A stretch of 64,000 nucleotides of DNA from a candidate division WOR-3 bacterium (GTDB taxonomy: Bacteria; Hydrothermota; Tepidihabitantia; SM23-42): positions 138,637 through 202,636 of the forward strand of contig JAOUFJ010000002.1 in assembly GCA_029858255.1 (NCBI GenBank), written 5' to 3'. The notes below the pieces were generated by a model that did not search any database, was not told the origin of the DNA, and saw nothing but the letters and a program-made list of their open reading frames with translations. Positions within the stretch are counted from its first letter, which is position 1, and each line of letters begins with the position of its first letter. The translations under genes were made by a program, and so were the position numbers. Shown in pieces: positions 49,213 to 58,191 of the stretch.

Positions 49213-49989
49213 ATAACGGCGGGTATCGATATCGGCTCACGCACAATAAAAAGAGTCCTGATGGATGGAAATAAGGTCATTGATTACGCAATAACAGATA
49301 CTGGCGTCGATCTTCCAAAAAATTTCCAGAGCGTATTAGGCGACCAAAAATATGATGCCCTTGTCGCCACTGGATACGGAAGATATCTTGCACAATCGCA
49401 CCTTAATTGCCGTATCATTACGGAAATCAAAGCCTATGCAATCGGCGCTCATTTCCTATTCCCGGACGTGCGCACCATCCTCGATATAGGCGGACAGGAC
49501 AGCAAGGTAATACGTGTGCACGGCGGCAAGGTAAAGGAATTTGAAATGAATGATAAATGCGCCGCTGGAACAGGAAAGTTTCTCGAAGTCATGGCAACCA
49601 CACTTGGATACACTCTGGATGAATTCAGTACCGCTGCTGCAGAAGCCAATGAAGCCGTGGCAATCAATTCTATGTGCACGGTATTTGCCGAGTCTGAAGT
49701 CGTATCTCTGATATCACGCGGAGAAGAACGCGAGAATATCGCGCTCGGTTTACACCAGTCAATACTCAACCGCATTTTGTCCCTCATGGGCAGAACAGGA
49801 TTCGAGGACCCACTGGTTTTTGCCGGAGGCGTGGCAAAGAACGGATGCATGACCATGCTATTGAAAAAGAAATTGAATATGAAAATACTGTCACCGGCCG
49901 AACCCCAGATAGTGGGTGCGATAGGAGCCGCTTTAATGGCAAAACATAAAGACGATGGTCATGGTCCACAAAAAACGAAAGGAGAGTAG
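49213..49989 (+). CDS. HgdC/BcrAD-type ATP-dependent activase (CoA-substrate-specific enzyme activase, ASKHA). It probably starts at a non-ATG codon about 49213.
   Basis: 'GIDIGSRTIK' phosphate-1 motif is encoded upstream of the first ATG (49261). 'NDKCAAGTGKF' is the cluster-ligand motif. GGAGG at 49201. Confidence 0.7.
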   Translation: MTAGIDIGSRTIKRVLMDGNKVIDYAITDTGVDLPKNFQSVLGDQKYDALVATGYGRYLAQSHLNCRIITEIKAYAIGAHFLFPDVRTILDIGGQDSKVIRVHGGKVKEFEMNDKCAAGTGKFLEVMATTLGYTLDEFSTAAAEANEAVAINSMCTVFAESEVVSLISRGEERENIALGLHQSILNRILSLMGRTGFEDPLVFAGGVAKNGCMTMLLKKKLNMKILSPAEPQIVGAIGAALMAKHKDDGHGPQKTKGE

Positions 49990-49990
49990 C

Positions 49991-50782
49991 ATGAAGTACA
50001 TAAAGGACTTCACGATAAAAGACGTGCAGGACGTGTATGATGGTCCTGGAGGACTACTGTGGGAAGCAGTAATGGGAGAACAGATCCACTCAGGCGGTCC
50101 AGAGGCAACCGACGCACTGGCACAAAAGGTTGGGCTCAAGAAAGGTATGGTCGTATGTGACATATGCAGCGCTTTGGGTGCACCGGCACGCCACCTCGCC
50201 TCAAAATACGGTGTCAAGGTCAAAGGCGTCGATGCTACGAAAACGATGCTTGACAAGGCACGACAGCGCACAAAGGAAGCGAAACTCGAAGAACTCATAG
50301 AATACTATGAAGGCAATGCCCTGGACCTTCCTTTCAAGAAAGAAACCTTTGATGTAGTATGGGGTCAGGAAGCATGGTGCTATGTCACTGACAAAAACAG
50401 GCTTATCCAGGAAGCGCACCGCGTGCTCAAGCCAGGTGGCAAGATCGCCTTCACCGACTGGATAATCACTGGAGAGATATCAAAGCAAGAACTCGACCCA
50501 TTGCTCGAGACTATGGCTTTCCCGTACATGGAATCTTTTCAAGGCTATCAGGACCTGCTGAAACAGAACGGCTTTAATGTACTTGAAGCAAGAGACCAGA
50601 CCGACGAATATGCAGAGTGTTTTGATGATTACTACGAAAAAGTGCACGTTGATTTGAAACCTACGATTCTGGATAATTTTGGGAAGGACCTGTTCGACTT
50701 TGCCTCGAACCTGGTAACGATCTGGCAAAAAGCTTCTCACGAACATAAAGTCGGTAGGGGCCTTTTTATCGGACAAAAATAA
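49991..50782 (+). CDS. Class I SAM-dependent methyltransferase
   Basis: 'MVCDICSALGAPARHLA' motif I. 'VLKPGGKIAFTD' motif. Confidence 0.6.
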   Translation: MKYIKDFTIKDVQDVYDGPGGLLWEAVMGEQIHSGGPEATDALAQKVGLKKGMVVCDICSALGAPARHLASKYGVKVKGVDATKTMLDKARQRTKEAKLEELIEYYEGNALDLPFKKETFDVVWGQEAWCYVTDKNRLIQEAHRVLKPGGKIAFTDWIITGEISKQELDPLLETMAFPYMESFQGYQDLLKQNGFNVLEARDQTDEYAECFDDYYEKVHVDLKPTILDNFGKDLFDFASNLVTIWQKASHEHKVGRGLFIGQK

Positions 50783-50895
50783 CGAATACCGGGGCGTCTT
50801 CAATTTTACACAGAGGCACCCCGCAATTGAACCACGTCACGAAAAAAAGTCAGGCTAAACACTTGACTGGGGCATGACGTACCATTATTATACAC

Positions 50896-51543
50896 GTGTT
50901 ATCTGGAGGTTCATTGCTTGAATCGATAAAAGAAGCAGTCATAGAAATGGATGAGGAGAAAGTAAGTGAGCTGGTATCCAGTGCGCTGAACGAAAAGATC
51001 GAGCCGGTTGACATCCTTGAAAAAGGGTTGATCTCCGGAATGCAGGAGGTAGCATCGCTATTCGCACGCAAGGAATACTACGTGCCCGAAGTCCTACTCT
51101 GCTCTGAAGCATTCTACGCGGGATTCGATATATTAAAACCGCTCATCGGAAAATCATCCCGTAAGCCCAAAGCAAGAATTGTGTTTGGCGTAGTGGAAGG
51201 AGACATACACGATATCGGCAAGAATATCGTTAAGGTCATGATGGAAGCAGCAGGCTACGAAGTCGTTGACCTGGGACGTGACGTACCCGTTGAGGACTTC
51301 ATCAAGGCAGTAGACAAAGAAAGACCGGATATACTCGCATTGTCGAGCCTAATGACCACCACAATGACACTTATGGCTGATATACTAAAGGAATTGGAGA
51401 AACGCAACTTGCGTCGTGGATTAAAGGTCATCGTCGGAGGGGCACCGGTGAATGAGGAATTCGCTGCAAGTATCAAGGCCGATGGCTACAGCCCGGATGG
51501 ACCTTCTGCAGTTAGACTGATCGAGAAACTGCTCAGTGGATAG
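50896..51543 (+). CDS. Cobalamin-binding corrinoid protein (MtaC/MtbC-type, B12-binding domain with N-terminal cap)
   Basis: 'GDIHDIGKNIV' DxHxxG motif. Downstream 'SSLM' and 'VGGAP' motifs. Confidence 0.8.
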   Translation: MLSGGSLLESIKEAVIEMDEEKVSELVSSALNEKIEPVDILEKGLISGMQEVASLFARKEYYVPEVLLCSEAFYAGFDILKPLIGKSSRKPKARIVFGVVEGDIHDIGKNIVKVMMEAAGYEVVDLGRDVPVEDFIKAVDKERPDILALSSLMTTTMTLMADILKELEKRNLRRGLKVIVGGAPVNEEFAASIKADGYSPDGPSAVRLIEKLLSG

Positions 51544-52468
51544 AATCTCTGCCGTCATAAATCATCAAAAATATTTTGCCGTATTTCCGATGGTCTGCGC
51601 TGACCACGGCGCGTATCTACTAAACCTCAAATTCAAGGAGGTTGCAGAAGATGGAGAAAAACTCGCCCATGTCCTGCAGTACACCTATGAACTCTATGGC
51701 TACGATATGGTGCTGGTTTTCTCGGATCCCTACGTTGAAGCACAGGCGCTTGGCTGCCCGGTCGAACTTGACCCTTACCCCGCTCTGATCGGATCTGCAA
51801 CGGTGCATTCTGTCGATCGCACTGAAGAGATCATCCATGCGGCGGACATTCTAAGGAGCAGCATCGACGTTCCGATATTCGTTTCCATCAAAGGTCCCTT
51901 CACTCTCGCTGCCTTCCTCGATGGCATCGAGCATTATCTGAAGATAGTTTTGAAAAAAGAAACAGAGGCCTCGCAGCTCTTGCAGGAAGCACTACAATAC
52001 CAACTGGGATATTTGGAGAGAATTTTGTCCGTCGGTGTCAACATTATGATCGGAGACCCCCTCGCATCATCGAGCGTAATATCGCCCGCAATATTCCTGA
52101 AATATGCATTCACAGGGCTAAAGACGATGGTGGCAAAAGCAAAAACTAGCGGCGCAATCGTTGGCGTCCACATCTGTGGAGACGTAGGCGCAATATCAGA
52201 ATATCTTGATGACCTGGACGCTGATATCCTGAGTATAGAAGGCATCAACATTCGGACAGAGACTTTAAAAATGGGTGGTGTAGGAACCGATACGATATTG
52301 AACGGAGACCTGAAATGCATGAGATCAGAGGTGGAAAATGCGTTCAAAAATGAATTCATAATCCTGTCCACAGCGTGCGACGTTCCACCCCACACAGAGC
52401 CGGCAAATATCAAGGCCATGCTCCGATTCGCCCGTGAGTGCGGCCGTGAATATGGAGTACAAAAATGA
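51536..52468 (+). CDS. URO-D-family methyltransferase (MtaA/MtbA/CmuA-like, methylcobamide methyltransferase type)
   Basis: Uroporphyrinogen-decarboxylase-like fold signature regions. Adjacent to the corrinoid protein. Confidence 0.65.
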   Translation: MDRISAVINHQKYFAVFPMVCADHGAYLLNLKFKEVAEDGEKLAHVLQYTYELYGYDMVLVFSDPYVEAQALGCPVELDPYPALIGSATVHSVDRTEEIIHAADILRSSIDVPIFVSIKGPFTLAAFLDGIEHYLKIVLKKETEASQLLQEALQYQLGYLERILSVGVNIMIGDPLASSSVISPAIFLKYAFTGLKTMVAKAKTSGAIVGVHICGDVGAISEYLDDLDADILSIEGINIRTETLKMGGVGTDTILNGDLKCMRSEVENAFKNEFIILSTACDVPPHTEPANIKAMLRFARECGREYGVQK

Positions 52469-53451
52469 AGTTGATCGGCTATGCGTGCTCTTACATACCA
52501 GTCGAAATACTCTCCGCTACTGGATTGCAGCCATACCGACTCCTCCATGGCGATATAGACCTTTCGAAGCAAGGGGAACGCTTCGTAAGGGTAGATGCTT
52601 GTCCCATGGTGAAATCAAATCTCGCTTATGCCATCCAGAATGCAGACAAATTCGCCGCGCTGATTGGTACAACCGGGTGCGACATGTCTCGCAGAATGTT
52701 CGATGTCCTGAGCGAACAGACGAACATACCAGTGTATATGGTGAATAACCCGAGAACCGACAACCCTGCGATGTATAATGATGAAATTGACTGGCTGGTA
52801 AAACAACTCGAACACTTTTCCCATATGAAATTCACCGACGAGATGATCCGGGAAGAAATATCCAAATGGGAAGGAATGCGCGCAGAATTACGGATCATCG
52901 ACGAAAAGAGAGCAGCCCACCCGTCACTCGTATCGACGACAGACTTCCATAGCGTAATGGCCGGCTATCATAAAGGGTCGTTTGATGAGAATGTCACTTT
53001 CTGTCAGAACCCCTCAGATAGACCAAGGTTATACTTATTAGGCAGCGCTATCACGTACGAGGCAAATCATATCCTTCAATTGATAGAAGAAAATCTCCGT
53101 ATTGTAGGTGATTTCAATTGCGGACTTTCTCGACCCCTTCACATCAAGATCGAAGGACAGAGTATCGACGGCATCAAGAAAGCGTATTACAACCAACCGC
53201 CGTGCCTGTACAAAAGACCGCATCAGAAGTACTACGACTTCGTAGCCATGGAGATTGCCAGACTGAGATGCATCGGTATAATTGCATGGACACTGGATTA
53301 CTGCGATGTTCATGAGTTCGAACTGCAGAAGATCGAAAAGGTATTCAACCTCCCGGTATTAAGGATACGGAGTGATTTTTCCTATCAGGGTAACAGCCAG
53401 TTGAGGACACGAATCGAGGCCTTTGCGGAGATGCTATGTTCGAGGATCTAA
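52465..53451 (+). CDS. HgdB/BcrC-like (2-hydroxyacyl-CoA dehydratase family) protein
   Basis: 'MKLIGYACSYIPVEIL' N-terminus. '...QLRTRIEAFAEML' C-terminus. Confidence 0.65.
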   Translation: MKLIGYACSYIPVEILSATGLQPYRLLHGDIDLSKQGERFVRVDACPMVKSNLAYAIQNADKFAALIGTTGCDMSRRMFDVLSEQTNIPVYMVNNPRTDNPAMYNDEIDWLVKQLEHFSHMKFTDEMIREEISKWEGMRAELRIIDEKRAAHPSLVSTTDFHSVMAGYHKGSFDENVTFCQNPSDRPRLYLLGSAITYEANHILQLIEENLRIVGDFNCGLSRPLHIKIEGQSIDGIKKAYYNQPPCLYKRPHQKYYDFVAMEIARLRCIGIIAWTLDYCDVHEFELQKIEKVFNLPVLRIRSDFSYQGNSQLRTRIEAFAEMLCSRI

Positions 53452-54827
53452 TTCCGCAGAAGATCAGTCTCAAGGAGTGGAGCAGACAGTTCCGTATGCT
53501 CGACGATTCGCAAATAAAAAAGTACAGGTATTACACTAATGATGAGTGGGGTCATTATCTGTCTCCGCCGGCAACGTTCATGGTCTACGGTGCCAGGGAA
53601 CTCAGAAAATTGAAATTCGACAATTCACTAGCCGCGCTCAGGCTCTGGGGGTTTACGCTCAATGAATCTGAAAGACTGTTCAGGGCGCGGCAGAGCGGTA
53701 AACGCATAATCGCAACAATGGGCGACCTTGGGACGATACCCGTTATCGCCATGGCGTTTCCTGACTGTATTCCGTTCTACCCCGACTGCACATGGTGGAC
53801 GCCGTTCTTCAACGAATCTACGGTGCTTCTCGATAAGGCGAGTGAACTCGGCACGCCCGAAGCCAGTTGTTTTGTACGTTCAACACTTGCTGCTTTTTAC
53901 AAAATGGCATACTTCCCAAAACCGGATCTGTTGTTTGCATCAACTGGCGCATCCTGCGATGATTACTCGTGTATCATGCAGATGGTTGCAGACCTCGGTT
54001 ATGAATTGAACTGGCTCGAAATCCCCTATCGCAGGAAATTGCGGGACTACCACGCGGAGGAAAAATATTCTGGAACAGAGCATGGTTTTCAATATCCCGA
54101 ACGTTTCGAAACATACTTGGTGAATGAATACAAGCGCGTCTGGCAAAAAATGCAGGCGCTGACCAATATTGGTGATCTCGAAAAACTCAGAGAAAGTATC
54201 AAAAAGAACAACAGACTGCGCCGATTGGTAGATGATATAAAAAACCTTACAACTGAGGCCGACACCGCACCATTTCCCGGTCTTGAGATGATGGTCATAG
54301 AATTCGGCAATCTATATGGCTACGCGGATACCGATGAATGGTTGGACATCCTGGAGATGATCAAAGAAACGGTCACCGGTCGTGTCAAAAAAGGAATCGG
54401 AGTCCTTCATTCGGATGCGATACCACTTGCGTGGGTCACCCCTACCGCAGACCCATTGCTGCTAAATATTGTTGAGGACATGGGCGGCCGTGTCGTGGCG
54501 ACCGAATATGTCATCAACCAGGCACTTACCGAGATCGAGGAAGATATCGAACCCTTCCGCGCCCTTGCCAGGTCGTTCATGAACGCCTCCCTCATCGGTT
54601 CAACCGAAGAGAGAATCCGTCATATTTCCGAAAACATTGCTTCCGGCAGGATCGCAGGAGTCATCATCACCAACATGTTGGGTTGTTCCCATTGTTCAAT
54701 GGAGACTAGGCTAATCGAACAAAATTTGAAAAACGTGCCCGTGCTCGCGATCGACATCCCTGCGCCACTGGGAATAACCGAACAGCTCAAGACACGAATC
54801 GCTGCCTTCATCGAGATGCTGAAATGA
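53436..54827 (+). CDS. HgdA/BcrB-like (2-hydroxyacyl-CoA dehydratase family) protein
   Basis: '...EQLKTRIAAFIEML' C-terminus. 463 aa. Confidence 0.65.
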   Translation: MFEDLIPQKISLKEWSRQFRMLDDSQIKKYRYYTNDEWGHYLSPPATFMVYGARELRKLKFDNSLAALRLWGFTLNESERLFRARQSGKRIIATMGDLGTIPVIAMAFPDCIPFYPDCTWWTPFFNESTVLLDKASELGTPEASCFVRSTLAAFYKMAYFPKPDLLFASTGASCDDYSCIMQMVADLGYELNWLEIPYRRKLRDYHAEEKYSGTEHGFQYPERFETYLVNEYKRVWQKMQALTNIGDLEKLRESIKKNNRLRRLVDDIKNLTTEADTAPFPGLEMMVIEFGNLYGYADTDEWLDILEMIKETVTGRVKKGIGVLHSDAIPLAWVTPTADPLLLNIVEDMGGRVVATEYVINQALTEIEEDIEPFRALARSFMNASLIGSTEERIRHISENIASGRIAGVIITNMLGCSHCSMETRLIEQNLKNVPVLAIDIPAPLGITEQLKTRIAAFIEMLK

Positions 54828-55855
54828 GCGATATTCTGACCCCACGTGAAAGATTTGGACTGCTGGTGATCGATGAAAAACCCGACCGCTGCAATACAAT
54901 ACCATTAATCACATCGCACGCCGCCACGGTCAAAGGTATGAAGCTCAGAGATTATTACACGAATGGTGAGAACATGGCGCGTGCGCAGATAGCAGCAATT
55001 GAAAAATACGGGCACGATGCGATATCAATTTTCTCAGAAGTAGGTATCATCGCTGAAGCAATGGGGACGGAATTCGAATATCCAGAGAACGACCTGCCGA
55101 TCCAGAGGATACCGGCCCTCCAGAAACAGGATATCGAAGAAATCGAGATACCGATCCCGACCTCAGATGCGAGACTCCCGGTGTATCTCGATGCGATTGA
55201 ATATGCTTACGACGCACTCGGCGACAGAATCCCCATACTGGCCTACATTCCTGCTCCATTCACGACCGGAATGATGCTCTCCGACCCGAACAAATTTCTC
55301 ATCCAAACAATCAAGGAACCGGATCATGTCGCGGCGGTCATGGAGAAATCCCTCGCAGCGGCAATCGAATTATGTTACCATGTCATAGATGTCGGTGGAC
55401 TGCCCATTATCGTTGATCCCCTTGCGTCGTCGAGCGTCATTAGCCCCAAAGCATATCAACAATACGCTCTCCCCTATGAAAGAAAACTCATCGATTTTCT
55501 ACACCGTTACGACCTCGATGTTATACTACATATTTGTGGAGACACTACGCCAATTATCCATATCCTTCCGGAGACGCACGCCGACCTTATCAGTATTGAC
55601 CGTGTGAGCCTAGCGGATACAATTGAAAAATTATCTATGAAAATTCGCGTGATCGGCAACTATGACACATCGCTGCTCGCCTTTTCATCCCCGGACGTCA
55701 TAGCACGCGAAGTAAAAGAAATGGTGAAGCTCTCGATGAATGCGCACAAGGGTTACATCGCAGCAACAGGCTGCGAGGTTCCCATCCACGCCCCTTTCGA
55801 AAACGTGACAGCTTTCATAAATGCAGCGAAGGAGAACGGATGGTATTGGGATTAG
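54824..55855 (+). CDS. Second URO-D-family (MtaA-like) methyltransferase
   Basis: Paralogous to 51536..52468. 'DPLASSSVISP' is shared between both. Confidence 0.65.
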   Translation: MSDILTPRERFGLLVIDEKPDRCNTIPLITSHAATVKGMKLRDYYTNGENMARAQIAAIEKYGHDAISIFSEVGIIAEAMGTEFEYPENDLPIQRIPALQKQDIEEIEIPIPTSDARLPVYLDAIEYAYDALGDRIPILAYIPAPFTTGMMLSDPNKFLIQTIKEPDHVAAVMEKSLAAAIELCYHVIDVGGLPIIVDPLASSSVISPKAYQQYALPYERKLIDFLHRYDLDVILHICGDTTPIIHILPETHADLISIDRVSLADTIEKLSMKIRVIGNYDTSLLAFSSPDVIAREVKEMVKLSMNAHKGYIAATGCEVPIHAPFENVTAFINAAKENGWYWD

Positions 55856-56562
55856 ACGTTGGGTCCAGCTACACAAAAGGAATTGTGTTTGACGGCCGGA
55901 TAAGGGACAAGATCGTTTTCAAAACATCATTCAAGCCAAAACTGGCGGTCGAGAGAGCACTGAATGAACTCCGAGGCTACGACAGCATAGTCGCTACTGG
56001 ATTCGGACGGGAGCTCGTCACGACGGCCGACAAGACGATAACGGAAATCACGGCATTTGCCAAAGGTGCATCTTATTTCGAACCTCAGCTTCGAACTATC
56101 ATCGATATCGGCGGGCAGGATAGCAAGATCATCAAAGTCAAAGATGGGCGCGTCGACCGATTTGTCATGAATGACCGCTGTGCGGCTGGGACCGGAAATT
56201 TCGTTGAGAAAATCGCGCAAGCCCTTGACCTAAGCCTGGCCGAATTCGGCGAGTTGGCCGTGCATGCAGACCGTGCTGAAATCATTGATTCACTTTGCGT
56301 GGTCATGGCCGAAACAGAGATTCTTAGTCTCGTTGGAGAAGGTAAACGGCTTGAAGACATCGTTGCCGGGGTGTGCGACGCGCTCGTTCGGCGAATCGAT
56401 GGTATAGGCAGCCAGATAGGCATTGAGGAACCAATATTGTTCTGCGGCGGCGGCGCCCTTAATCCCGGTCTTGTCAAATCGATGAGACGCATATTCAAGG
56501 AAGTCACCATTCCAGAGTATCCCCAATATGTCGGGGCAATTGGCGCTGCACTGTCGCTCTGA
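55840..56562 (+). CDS. Second HgdC/BcrAD-type ATP-dependent activase
   Basis: 'LGLDVGSSYTKG' and 'NDRCAAGTGNF'. ~240 aa. Confidence 0.75.
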   Translation: MVLGLDVGSSYTKGIVFDGRIRDKIVFKTSFKPKLAVERALNELRGYDSIVATGFGRELVTTADKTITEITAFAKGASYFEPQLRTIIDIGGQDSKIIKVKDGRVDRFVMNDRCAAGTGNFVEKIAQALDLSLAEFGELAVHADRAEIIDSLCVVMAETEILSLVGEGKRLEDIVAGVCDALVRRIDGIGSQIGIEEPILFCGGGALNPGLVKSMRRIFKEVTIPEYPQYVGAIGAALSL

Positions 56563-56657
56563 CAGAGTTCATCGATTGTCCGTGCATATGGACTGGAGAT
56601 AGACCATCATTTCCGACCCCAACCTTGACATCATTATACATATCACTATAATTTCAC

Positions 56658-58058
56658 GTGAAGGATGCCATGAAAACTAAAGAAATACTGAGAAATATTC
56701 CATCGGTGGATAAAATCCTTAACTGGGATGAAATAAAGGAATCTCTCAAAATCCTCAACCAAGACCATATAACCAGGATCATACGCGATAACGTAGAAAA
56801 CTACCGAAAACTTCTGATTGCCGGTGAAAAAATCGACGATAGTCGTTTGAAAAAAGCAATCTTAGCCGATATCCAGGATCTTATCACTCCCTATTTCTGC
56901 TATGCGGTCAATGCGCTCGGTATTGTTTTGCATACGGGATTGGGCCGTGCACCGTTTAACAAACACATTGCAGAAGTCATCCATGATATGTCCATGGGCT
57001 ATTCACGGTTGCAAATCGATGATGATGGAAAGCGGGCTGACCGCTACAAGAAGATCAATCGCTTGCTTCAGATCTTAACCGGGGCCGAAGCCGGGATCAT
57101 CGTCAACAACAACGCTGCCGCAACAATGCTCATCCTCAGTGCAATGGCAAAAGGCAAAGAGGTAATCGTGTCAAGGGGTCAACTCATTGAGATCGGTGGA
57201 GCATATCGTATTCCAGACATAATGGCGCAGAGCGGTGCGATAATGCACGAAATAGGCACAACCAATAGAACACATCTTAAGGACTATACAGGAGCAATAA
57301 ATGAGAACACAGGTGCGATACTGCGCGTGCACCAGTCAAACTACCGTATTATTGGCTTCACCAAAGAAGTCCCATTGGATGAGCTTGTCGAACTGGGGAG
57401 AAAACACAATATCCCGGTTATCGATGACCTGGGAAGCGGAGCGCTGATCGATTTTGCCGCATATGGACTGCCCAAAGAACCTATGGTACAAGAGAGCATC
57501 GCCACGGGAGCTGACGTAGTCTGTTTCAGCGGCGATAAACTGATCGGCGGACCACAATGCGGAATTATTATCGGTAAGAGGCAACATATAGAGTTAATAA
57601 AGAAAAACCCGCTTACCCGGGCGCTGAGATGCGATAAACTAACTAATGCTGCATTAGAAGCCACGCTTCAAATGTTTCTGCTCAAAGAGGAAGATTTAGT
57701 ATTAAATCACGCCGTTTTGGGCATTTTACTTAAACCATTAGATGAAATAAAATCTCGCGCGAAGCGTTGTGCGAGAGGTCTGAAAGCTGCATTTGGCAGC
57801 ATCCTCGAGGTATCTGTACGCTCGGGCGTCAGTGAGATTGGCGGAGGTTCACTCAGTACAGAACAGCTGCCCACCTATCTGGTGGCTATCAAATCACAAG
57901 ATATCGCGGCAAGCGATCTGGCACATGCCCTGCGGCGATACCAAACACCGGTTTTTACCAGGGTTGCCGAAGACAGTGTTCTCCTCGACTTCCGCACCGT
58001 TGTGAAGGGCGAGGAAAAGATAATACTTGAAGCCTTCAAGACAGTCCTCAAAATCTGA
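56658..58058 (+). CDS. selA: L-seryl-tRNA(Sec) selenium transferase
   Basis: 'IIVNNNAAATMLILSAMAKGKEVIVSRGQLIEIGGAYRIPD...HEIGTTNRTH...FSGDKLIGGPQCGII' aligns with SelA, including the PLP-lysine region. Confidence 0.9.
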   Translation: MKDAMKTKEILRNIPSVDKILNWDEIKESLKILNQDHITRIIRDNVENYRKLLIAGEKIDDSRLKKAILADIQDLITPYFCYAVNALGIVLHTGLGRAPFNKHIAEVIHDMSMGYSRLQIDDDGKRADRYKKINRLLQILTGAEAGIIVNNNAAATMLILSAMAKGKEVIVSRGQLIEIGGAYRIPDIMAQSGAIMHEIGTTNRTHLKDYTGAINENTGAILRVHQSNYRIIGFTKEVPLDELVELGRKHNIPVIDDLGSGALIDFAAYGLPKEPMVQESIATGADVVCFSGDKLIGGPQCGIIIGKRQHIELIKKNPLTRALRCDKLTNAALEATLQMFLLKEEDLVLNHAVLGILLKPLDEIKSRAKRCARGLKAAFGSILEVSVRSGVSEIGGGSLSTEQLPTYLVAIKSQDIAASDLAHALRRYQTPVFTRVAEDSVLLDFRTVVKGEEKIILEAFKTVLKI

Positions 58059-58061
58059 TCA

Positions 58062-58130
58062 TGTGTTTTGATCATTTGTATTTTACATTTTGGATTTGCT
58101 TAGTATTTAGATATTCGAATTTAGGATTTT
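58062..58130. repeat. Family B repeat, copy 4, in the selA-selB spacer
   Basis: 'TGTTTTGATCATTTGTATTTTACATTTTGGATTTGCTTAGTATTTAGATATTCGAATTTAGGATTTT', about 80% identical to copy 2. Confidence 0.65.
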
Positions 58131-58191
58131 CAGCAAACGGTCAGTATTATCTAATAATAACAACCGCGAGCAAGAACGAAGGAATCTGAAG

